Below are positions 40,466 through 47,915 of a DNA stretch of 64,000 bases, one piece after another (within the stretch, counting starts at the first letter, position 1; every line of letters begins with the position of its first letter). A model generated the notes under the pieces. The model did not search any database, had not been told where the DNA came from, and was given only the letters and a program-made list of their open reading frames with translations. The DNA is from an uncultured Gammaproteobacteria bacterium (lineage in GTDB: Bacteria > Patescibacteriota > Patescibacteriia > UBA2196): contig CAYSXS010000001.1 in NCBI GenBank assembly GCA_964435065.1, forward strand, positions 20,538-84,537. The letters are read 5' to 3'. Made by a program: the position numbers and the translations under genes.

Positions 40466-42682
40466 ATGTTTAATATACAAAACAAATTAATATATTCCAT
40501 AATAATTTTCTTGTTAGTGTTTTTGCCTTTAGGAATAAAGACTGAGGCAAAAGAACAAGAACTTCCTGCTCATCAAGCAGGAGAGCTTCTAGTTAAATTA
40601 AAAACTAGTGAAAAGATTTTTAAATTTAAATTTAGTTCAGATATTGAATTACAAGAATTAATGGATATATATAATTCTCAAGACAGTGTTGAGTATGCAG
40701 AACCAAACTATATCTATCGCGCTAGTTTAGAACCAAAAGATACTTTTTACACTCAACAATTGTATTTATCAAAAATTAAAGCAAATCGTGCTTGGGACAT
40801 TACAACTGGTTCCAGAAGGGTTACAATAGCAATTGTAGATTCTGGTGTTGATTTAGATCATCCAGATTTAAGACAAAATATTTGGTTTAACAATAAAGAA
40901 ACAGTTAATAATAATATAGATGATGATAGGAATGGATATATAGATGATATATATGGTTGGGATTTTGTTGGAGATGATAATGACCCAAATCCTGATACAA
41001 GTGTAGAATACAATAAGACAGGAATAAATCATGGTACAGTAATTTCAGGAATTGCTGCTGCTCAAGGGGGAAACAAAGAAGGAATAGCTGGTATAAGTTG
41101 GTCTAGTAAAATTATGGCACTAAGGGTTTTAGATAGCGAGGGTTATGGAACAACAGACAAGGTTGCTAAAGCTATTGATTATGCAGTTAATAATAAAGCT
41201 GATGTTATAAACCTAAGCTTCGTTGGTACTGGTAAAAGTTTAACTTTAGAAAGAGCAATTAAACGAGCGTATGATGCAGGAGTAATAGTAGTAGCAGCTG
41301 CCGGTAATGAAGTCGCTTCTGGTGTAGATATGGGCAAAGAAGAGAATAAACAATATCCTGTTTGTCATGATGGGCCAAATAGTGAGAATTGGGTGATTGG
41401 AGTAGCTTCAATAGATAATGATGATCATTTAGCTAGCTTTTCAAATTATGGTTCAAGTTGTATTGATTTAGTTACCCCTGGTGTACGTTTGTTTAGTACT
41501 GTGTATCACGATGAATCTAATAGTGATTTCAAAGACTATTATCAACACGGTTGGACAGGTACTTCTGTTTCTGCACCACAAGTAGCAGGAGCGTTTGCTT
41601 TAGTAAAATCATACAAGCCATCTTTTTCTGCTCAACAGATTAAAGATTTGTTTTTAAATAATGCGATAGATATAGATAGCAAGAATCCAACATATAGGAA
41701 TAAGTTAGGTAGTGGTTTAATGAATGTTTATGCAACCATTTCTAAAGCTTTAGGTGAACAACCAGAAGAAGCAGTTAAAAAAGAATTAGTTATCACAGCT
41801 GCTGGACAAGGTGGTGGGCCACATGTAAAAGCTTTTAGAAAAAACTATCTAGAAAATGAATTTTTTGCTTTTGATGCATACTATAGAGGAGGGCTTTCTG
41901 TTGCTTCAGGAGATTTAGATAGAGATGGGGATATAGAGGTTGTGGTTGGTTTGGGAGCAGGAACACATCCATGGTTTAAGATTTTTTCTGAAGAAGGTGA
42001 ATTACAAAGTCAATTCATGGCTTACGGAGAAGGTTTTCGTGGTGGAGTAGAAGTTGCCATAGGTGATGTTGATGGAGATGGTATAAAAGAGATAATTACA
42101 GGGGCTGGTCCTGGAGGAGGTCCACACATTAGAATTTTTTCACATAATGGAGCGTTAAAAAATCATTTCTTTGCTTTTGATAGAAATTTTACAGGTGGAG
42201 TAGAATTAGCAAGCGGAGATGTTAATGGGGATGGTAAAGATGAAATTATTGTAGTTCCAAAATCAAATCGTGAATCAAAGGTTAAAGTATTTAATTTAAA
42301 AGGGGAGTTAATTAGTGAATTTTTAGCTTTTGATTTAGGGGTTAAGAATGGAATACATGTTGCAGCAGGAGATTTAGATAATGACGGAAAAGATGAAATA
42401 ATTATTGGAGCAGGTTATGGCAATAGTCCACAGATAAAAACTTTTGATTTAAATGGTAATAATATAACTGAATTCACATCTTATCACCCTAATTTCCGTG
42501 GTGGTGTGTATGTTGCATCTGGAGATACTGATTCGGATGGGTTTGATGAGATAATAGCAGGTGCTGGTAAAACAGGAGGTCCTCATGTAAGGGTATTTAA
42601 CAAAAATGGGGGATTAGAATTTCATTTCTTTGCGTATAACGAGAACTTTAGAGGTGGAGTTCGTGTGTCTTCAAGTAACTAA
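40466..42682 (+). CDS. Secreted S8 subtilisin-like protease with C-terminal FG-GAP-like repeats
   Basis: IVDSG, HGT, AAAGN, GTS; repeated GGV.VA.GD.DGDG.DEII.GAG.GGGPHVR. Confidence 0.92.
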   Translation: MFNIQNKLIYSIIIFLLVFLPLGIKTEAKEQELPAHQAGELLVKLKTSEKIFKFKFSSDIELQELMDIYNSQDSVEYAEPNYIYRASLEPKDTFYTQQLYLSKIKANRAWDITTGSRRVTIAIVDSGVDLDHPDLRQNIWFNNKETVNNNIDDDRNGYIDDIYGWDFVGDDNDPNPDTSVEYNKTGINHGTVISGIAAAQGGNKEGIAGISWSSKIMALRVLDSEGYGTTDKVAKAIDYAVNNKADVINLSFVGTGKSLTLERAIKRAYDAGVIVVAAAGNEVASGVDMGKEENKQYPVCHDGPNSENWVIGVASIDNDDHLASFSNYGSSCIDLVTPGVRLFSTVYHDESNSDFKDYYQHGWTGTSVSAPQVAGAFALVKSYKPSFSAQQIKDLFLNNAIDIDSKNPTYRNKLGSGLMNVYATISKALGEQPEEAVKKELVITAAGQGGGPHVKAFRKNYLENEFFAFDAYYRGGLSVASGDLDRDGDIEVVVGLGAGTHPWFKIFSEEGELQSQFMAYGEGFRGGVEVAIGDVDGDGIKEIITGAGPGGGPHIRIFSHNGALKNHFFAFDRNFTGGVELASGDVNGDGKDEIIVVPKSNRESKVKVFNLKGELISEFLAFDLGVKNGIHVAAGDLDNDGKDEIIIGAGYGNSPQIKTFDLNGNNITEFTSYHPNFRGGVYVASGDTDSDGFDEIIAGAGKTGGPHVRVFNKNGGLEFHFFAYNENFRGGVRVSSSN

Positions 42683-42713
42683 AAAATATATATAATTAAA
42701 TAAAAATAAAATT

Positions 42714-43715
42714 ATGAATTATCCTTCAGGCAAAAAAAATATTTTAATTACTGGTGGGGCCGGTTTTATTGGCTCTCATTTATGTGATATCTTAGCTAAA
42801 GACAATCATGTAATTTGTATAGACAATTTTATCACTGGTAGTGAAAAACACATTGACCACTTACTTAAGAATCCTAACTTTGAGTTTATTAAACACGATG
42901 TCTCAGAACCTTTTAAGTTTGAAGATTTTCCTGAGTTAAAACAGTTTAAAGCAGAACTTCAAGGTGTTCAAGAAATTTATCATTTAGCTTGTCCAACTTC
43001 ACCTAAAGAATATAACAGGTTTCCAATTGAAACTTTAATTACAAACTCTCATGGTACGTTAAATACATTGCAGATAGCTAAGAAGTTTGGATCAAAGTTT
43101 TTGCTTCTTTCAACATCAGCAATATATGGAGATCAAGAAGGACATGTAAAAGAAGATAACTGGGGGAGTATTAATCCAATTGGCCCACGTTCTTGCTATA
43201 ACGAAGGTAAAAGGTTTACTGAAAGTTTAACTAGAAGTTTTCACACAAAAGAAGAAGTTGATACTAAAATAGCTAGAGTATTTAATACTTATGGCCCAAG
43301 AATGAAATTAGATGATGGTCGTATGATCCCAGACTTTATTGTGAACTCTCTGAAGAGTGAACCAGTTACTGTTTTTGGTTCAGAAGAAGAACAAGGAAGC
43401 TATTGCTATGTTCAAGATATGGTGGAAGGAATTATTCAATTAATGGCTGCAGATATTAATACACCTGTTAATTTAGGCAGTGATCACGCAGTTAAATTAG
43501 TTGATGTTGCTAAAAAAGTAATTAAAATGACAACCAGTGAATCAAAGATTGAATTTAAAGAATATCCTCCATATACAGCTAAACAAATTATCCCAGATAT
43601 TTCTTTAGCAAAAGAAACCTTTGATTGGTTCCCAATGGTTGGCTTAGATGATGGTTTAGAAAAAACTATTGAAAATATGCGTGTAAACTTAGGGGAATAC
43701 AAGGCAGAGCTTTAA
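42714..43715 (+). CDS. UDP-glucuronate decarboxylase (UDP-xylose synthase)-like SDR
   Basis: TGGAGFIGSHL, YHLACPTSP, NPIGPRSCYNEGKR, FNTYGPRM..DDGR. Confidence 0.87.
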   Translation: MNYPSGKKNILITGGAGFIGSHLCDILAKDNHVICIDNFITGSEKHIDHLLKNPNFEFIKHDVSEPFKFEDFPELKQFKAELQGVQEIYHLACPTSPKEYNRFPIETLITNSHGTLNTLQIAKKFGSKFLLLSTSAIYGDQEGHVKEDNWGSINPIGPRSCYNEGKRFTESLTRSFHTKEEVDTKIARVFNTYGPRMKLDDGRMIPDFIVNSLKSEPVTVFGSEEEQGSYCYVQDMVEGIIQLMAADINTPVNLGSDHAVKLVDVAKKVIKMTTSESKIEFKEYPPYTAKQIIPDISLAKETFDWFPMVGLDDGLEKTIENMRVNLGEYKAEL

Positions 43716-43718
43716 ATT

Positions 43719-44378
43719 ATGAATATATACATAATCATACCGGTTTTTAATGAGGAGAATAACATCCAAACAACTTTGGGAGATTTAAAACAGTATGGTT
43801 ATACAATAATAGTAGTTGATGATGGTTCAAAAGATAAGACAGTAGAGATAGTAGAATCAATGAATGTAAAGGTGTTGAAACATAAAGTTAATCGTGGACA
43901 AGGAGCAGCTCTTCAAACAGGTACAACTTATGCAGTTCAAAAAGGAGCAGATATTATTGTACACTTTGATGGTGATGGTCAATTTTTAGCACAAGAGATT
44001 AAAGATTTAATTGAACCAATTAAATTTGAAAATTTAGATATTACTCTTGGATCAAGATTTTTAAAAGAAAATAAAGGAATGCCATGGCTAAAGAAATATA
44101 TTATCCATCCTGTTTCTAGAGTTATTAATACAATTTTTACAAGAATAAAGTTAACAGATGTGCATTGTGGTTTTCGGGCTTTATCAAAACAAGCAGCTGA
44201 GAAAATATATATTACACAAGATGGAATGTCTCATGGAACAGAGATTATTTCCCAAATCAAGAAATATGGGTTAAAATATCGAGAAGTTCCTGTAACGGTT
44301 ATATATAAAGAGTTTGGGCAAGGAATTAAAGGAGGATTTAATATATTAAAAGAATTATTATTAGGTAAATTTGTATAA
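43719..44378 (+). CDS. Glycosyltransferase family 2
   Basis: IPVFNE, VDDGS, NRGQGAAL.TG, DGDGQ, GSRF. Confidence 0.9.
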   Translation: MNIYIIIPVFNEENNIQTTLGDLKQYGYTIIVVDDGSKDKTVEIVESMNVKVLKHKVNRGQGAALQTGTTYAVQKGADIIVHFDGDGQFLAQEIKDLIEPIKFENLDITLGSRFLKENKGMPWLKKYIIHPVSRVINTIFTRIKLTDVHCGFRALSKQAAEKIYITQDGMSHGTEIISQIKKYGLKYREVPVTVIYKEFGQGIKGGFNILKELLLGKFV

Positions 44379-44382
44379 ACAT

Positions 44383-44700
44383 ATGTTAATTCAAATCCTT
44401 TTATCAATATTTATACTTTTTGCAATTATTAGATTAATTGTGAAATTTAAAAAAACTGATGCTAAAGCATCAGGTTCATTATGGTTATTGTTTTGGATAA
44501 TAACTGTTGTAGCTGTTTGGGTACCAGATTTTTTAACTCAAGTAGCTAATCTGGTTGGTATTGGTCGTGGTGCAGATTTAGTTTTGTATGTTAGTGTTGT
44601 CGTTGTTTTTTATTTAATTTTCAAAATATATGTTAGATTAGAAAAGATAGAAAGGAATATTACTAAAGTAGTAAGAAAAGATAGTCTTAAAGAAGATTAG
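44383..44700 (+). CDS. DUF2304-family membrane protein
   Basis: W.LFW, VGIGRGADLVLY, IT.VVR; follows a GT2 gene as usual. Confidence 0.85.
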   Translation: MLIQILLSIFILFAIIRLIVKFKKTDAKASGSLWLLFWIITVVAVWVPDFLTQVANLVGIGRGADLVLYVSVVVVFYLIFKIYVRLEKIERNITKVVRKDSLKED

Positions 44701-44703
44701 GAT

Positions 44704-45735
44704 ATGGTATACATTGTAATTTTAACTTGGAATGGAATCAAATATTTACCCAAATTGTTTACAAGTTTGGGTAATTTAGTTTTTGATGAAAATAAGTTGA
44801 AAATAGTTGTTATTGATTCAGGATCAACAGATGGGAGTAGAGAATATTTGGAGGATTTAGATAATATACATTTAATAAAATTAGATAAGAATATCGGGTT
44901 TGTTAAGGGTAATAATTTGGGAATGCAATATGCTTTGGATAATAAAGCAGAATATGTTGTGTTATTAAACCAAGACATAGAAGTTAAAGAAGATTTTTTA
45001 GATTATTTAGTAAATACAGCAGAAAGCGATAAAAAGATTGGTATAGTACAGCCCTTAATGATGTATTATGAAAATAGAGAAGAAATTAATTCTAAGGGTA
45101 ATCTTTTACACTATCTAGGATATGGATATTGTGAAGGTAACCATGAAAAAGTTACAAATAACAAACAAACAAAAGAAATTGAATATGCTTCTGCTGCCGC
45201 AGTGATATATAAGGCAAAGATGTTAAAAGAAATAGGGTTATTTGATGAAAATATTTTTGCTTATCATGAAGATAGTGAAATTTGTTTAAGGGCTAAATTA
45301 AGAGGATACAAAATATATTTAGAACCTAAATCTATTGTTTATCATGATTATTCTTTCCCAACAGGAAAGAATAAAGAAAGATACTTTTGGATGGAAAAGA
45401 ATAGACTATACATAATCCTTAAATTCTATAAACTAAAAACAATCTTTTTGATTTTGCCGATGATATGGTTTATGGATTTAGGACAGATATATTTTGCAAT
45501 TACTAAAAGATATTTTTATCAATGGTTAAGATCAAGGTTTTGGTTTGTTTTTAATTTAAACAGTTTTTTAAAAGCTAGAAGAGACATACAAAAGAATAGA
45601 CAAATTTCTGATAAAGAATTAACTAAGAATTTCACTAGTGAAATTCTTTATCAAGAAGTTTCTAATCCTTTATTAGATAAAATTGCTAATCCAATAATGA
45701 AGGTCTATTGGAAAGTAGTTAAAAAATTTGTTTGA
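44704..45735 (+). CDS. Glycosyltransferase family 2
   Basis: DSGSTD, NIGF..GNN.G, LLNQD, YHED. Confidence 0.9.
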   Translation: MVYIVILTWNGIKYLPKLFTSLGNLVFDENKLKIVVIDSGSTDGSREYLEDLDNIHLIKLDKNIGFVKGNNLGMQYALDNKAEYVVLLNQDIEVKEDFLDYLVNTAESDKKIGIVQPLMMYYENREEINSKGNLLHYLGYGYCEGNHEKVTNNKQTKEIEYASAAAVIYKAKMLKEIGLFDENIFAYHEDSEICLRAKLRGYKIYLEPKSIVYHDYSFPTGKNKERYFWMEKNRLYIILKFYKLKTIFLILPMIWFMDLGQIYFAITKRYFYQWLRSRFWFVFNLNSFLKARRDIQKNRQISDKELTKNFTSEILYQEVSNPLLDKIANPIMKVYWKVVKKFV

Positions 45736-45780
45736 AATAAAAAATAGCCGTTGGTCGCAGCTATTTTTTATTTCAAACAA
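45728..45780. terminator. 21-bp perfect inverted repeat at operon end / array boundary
   Basis: TTGTTTGAAATAAAAAATAGC-N11-GCTATTTTTTATTTCAAACAA. Confidence 0.65.
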
Positions 45781-45800
45781 GGTGATATTTAATCAGTTTT

Positions 45801-45988
45801 AAAATATTTTTTGAATAACGTATGTCTGTATCTGAAGTTTTTTGCTTTCTTCATTACTATCGAAAGCAAAATTAGTAATTTAAGCGAAGGGCGAGCCGAG
45901 CCCTTAAGCCAGATACACGCCGTTAAGCGACCCCAACGGAATGAAATGGAGTGAGAGCACAGCGTGGCCCGAGTTCAAAAAATATTTT
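45801..45988. repeat. attC-like branched hairpin site with outer stem
   Basis: TAACGTATGTCTGTATCTG...CAGATACACGCCGTTA core (45816-45925); inner TTTTGCTTTC/GAAAGCAAAA and AAGGGC/GCCCTT; outer 15-bp IR 45801-45815 / 45974-45988. Confidence 0.7.
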
Positions 45989-46091
45989 TCGTCTTTATTC
46001 ATCAGATAGTCTTTCGTATATTTCTTATAAATTTGATTTTTTCGTTTTGAAAAATGAAAGAGGGGTTAGCGGTGAATTTCATTTTTTAGAA

Positions 46092-46655
46092 TTAATAATA
46101 TTTCTCTATTCCTCCAAAACCTATTAGTTTGTTTTCTCTTGTTTTGTTGATGAAGTTTTTTAGCCTTTTTTTGAATTCTTCTGGATGCTTTTGTACTCTA
46201 TGAATATAGGCAATACGAATTCTTTTGTATGTATCAGAAAATGTATTGTAATTTTTCCATGCGATTTTATCCTCCTTTACAGCATCAATGATGTCTTTTG
46301 GAAAAACAAACTTTTCTGAGGCAATTTTCTTTGCTTTGTCCAATATTAGGGGATGAATCATGTCATGTTTTAAAAGCCATTTTATTCTTTCTTTGTTTTG
46401 CTGAGAATAAGTGCTTTTGGGATTTCTTGGAGAAAAACGTTGAACACTACTCTCTTCATCAAAAGATTTAATCGTGCTATCGATCCAACCAAAACATAAT
46501 GACTCCTCTACGGCATCGTTGTATACAATTCTTATTTTACCTGAAGATTTTTTCGGATACATCAACCAGACATCTTTTTCTTTATCAAAATTCTTTTCCA
46601 GCCATTTACGCCAGTCTTTCCTATTTGTCACATAGAGTGTTTTTTCTATATTCAT
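46092..46655 (-). CDS. YdeI/OmpD-associated (bacteriocin-protection) family protein; array cargo
   Basis: WRKWL..N, Y.DAVEE.LCFGWIDS, RFSPR..S.YS..NKER. Confidence 0.88.
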   Translation of the reverse strand: MNIEKTLYVTNRKDWRKWLEKNFDKEKDVWLMYPKKSSGKIRIVYNDAVEESLCFGWIDSTIKSFDEESSVQRFSPRNPKSTYSQQNKERIKWLLKHDMIHPLILDKAKKIASEKFVFPKDIIDAVKEDKIAWKNYNTFSDTYKRIRIAYIHRVQKHPEEFKKRLKNFINKTRENKLIGFGGIEKYY

Positions 46656-46696
46656 TTTATTTATTATAAATTAATGAATGATAATTTTAAATATTT

Positions 46697-46900
46697 TCAT
46701 GATCCATTTATTTGAGTCGCAAAATTATTTAAAATCTGTGCTAACTCAACAGGTTTACCAAGCATGGGAAAATGCCTAGAATCGATATCATTTTTTTTGA
46801 CTTGAAGATTCTTAATCATATTATCCTGAATTTTCTCACTAAATGCCTTATTTTTTTTCAGGCGAATATATAGGGAATTAACAGGGATGTCTTTTGTGTT
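46697..46900 (-). pseudogene. 5'-truncated C-terminal fragment of an alpha/beta hydrolase
   Basis: Manual translation NTKDIPVNSLYIRLKKNKAFSEKIQDNMIKNLQVKKNDIDSRHFPMLGKPVELAQILNNFATQINGS*. Resembles the catalytic-His region (DSxHxPML..P.ELA.IL). No start codon upstream; abuts a hairpin site. Confidence 0.6.
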
Positions 46901-47014
46901 TAATGTATGCGTACATCTGAAGTTTCAGCTCCTTCTTTGTAGCTTATCAATATATTAACAGATAAAAAAGATACAAAGAAGGAGCTGAAATTTGGATGAA
47001 CATTTGGCGTAGTT
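46901..47014. repeat. attC-like hairpin site
   Basis: TAATGTATGCGTACATCTGAAGTTT motif; perfect 19-bp stem TTTCAGCTCCTTCTTTGTA/TACAAAGAAGGAGCTGAAA; closes at GTT 47012. Confidence 0.7.
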
Positions 47015-47107
47015 GTACGAAGTTCTGTTTTTTAGCTACGACTGCAAGGAGTAGCTATTTGGGCGATAAGCCCAAATAAAGAAATATTTTTTGTTATTTT
47101 TAGCTTA

Positions 47108-47137
47108 TTGACTTATATTTTTACCTATGCTTATATT
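47108..47137 (+). promoter_or_regulatory. Putative cassette-internal promoter
   Basis: TTGACT-17/18-TATATT upstream of the 81-aa ORF; AGGAG RBS. Confidence 0.45.
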
Positions 47138-47195
47138 ATGTAATAAAGACTAAACCAATAATTAAAATTTTACAAATAAGGTAGGAGAAATAGTT

Positions 47196-47441
47196 ATGAA
47201 AGATTTAATTAACTTTGGAGACAAGCTTCCTAGGGTCGGTCAGATTATCAATTTGTTTCGTCCTCCCGGAGCTTCCATAGTTTCATGTGAAGATACGAAG
47301 GGTTGTAGCAGTGAAAAGAGATGGGAAGTTGACAATCTTGTTGCGGATGGAGATTTTTGGTTTCGTTGCACAAAATGTAACAGATTAATCTCTCTTCATG
47401 CTAACGTGAAAGAAAAATATAATTGGAAATCGTGTGATTAA
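47196..47441 (+). CDS. 81-aa Cys-rich (zinc-ribbon-like) hypothetical protein; cassette cargo
   Basis: AGGAG RBS; C-x5-C...C-x2-C; downstream hairpin and T-tract. Confidence 0.7.
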   Translation: MKDLINFGDKLPRVGQIINLFRPPGASIVSCEDTKGCSSEKRWEVDNLVADGDFWFRCTKCNRLISLHANVKEKYNWKSCD

Positions 47442-47552
47442 GCGACACGAAGAAATAAACTTGTATCATGGCCCAGCAAGTATAAAATATGGGTCTTTTT
47501 CATTTGCCAGAAAAATAACAAAAAATATTTCTTAAAAAATGGAATTTCGTAC

Positions 47553-47807
47553 AACGCCGACGGATAGGCGAAGCCTAACGAAGGACTTTCCGCAGGATGT
47601 AAGCCGAAGGCTTACAGACTAAGGAAAGGACTGAGTTAGGTTTGGGCCGAGCAGGGTGAGTGCAGGATCTGGGCGAGCCGCTTATCCGTTGTTGTCAGAA
47701 GAATCGTGAGCCTCTAGAAGGCCCAAGCCTATCCGTCGGCGTTGTCAAAAATTGAGGAGCAAGACTGGAACGAAGTGGAAGGCGAGCGAACGATATTTTT
47801 GACAACT
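47553..47807. repeat. 255-bp GC-rich structured element, copy 2 (adjacent to integrase)
   Basis: Identical by eye to 8111-8365; same orientation. Confidence 0.93.
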
Positions 47808-47874
47808 GGTTTATATATGAAAACAATTCGTATAATGACCTTTATTTGTACTGTATACGAATGTATCGTATAAT
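47804..47874. promoter_or_regulatory. Candidate attI-like site / recombinase-binding region
   Basis: Minus strand reads ATAAACCA-GTTGTCA at the array start; TCGTATAAT at 47828 and 47866; IR ATTCGTATA/TATACGAAT (47826-47862). Confidence 0.45.
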
Positions 47875-47915
47875 TAATCTATATATAATTTTATTATAAT
47901 CTTTTTTTAAAAAAT

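Larger units (their letters stand above)
47012..47555. mobile_element. Putative gene cassette bounded by long inverted repeats
   Basis: GTTGTACGAAGTTCTGTTTTTTA / TAAAAAATGGAATTTCGTACAAC, and AAGAAATATTTTTTGTTATTTTT (47079-47101) / 47511-47533. Confidence 0.72.

Noticed and set aside
41800-42670. Repeated GGTGG/GGAGG-rich DNA in the protease gene
   Set aside because: Explained by protein-level FG-GAP-like repeats.
46065-46745. GTTAGC...GCTAAC pair bracketing the ydeI-like gene as a cassette
   Set aside because: Only 6 bp match, the right copy lies inside the hydrolase fragment's coding frame, and there is no adjacent hairpin site; probably chance.
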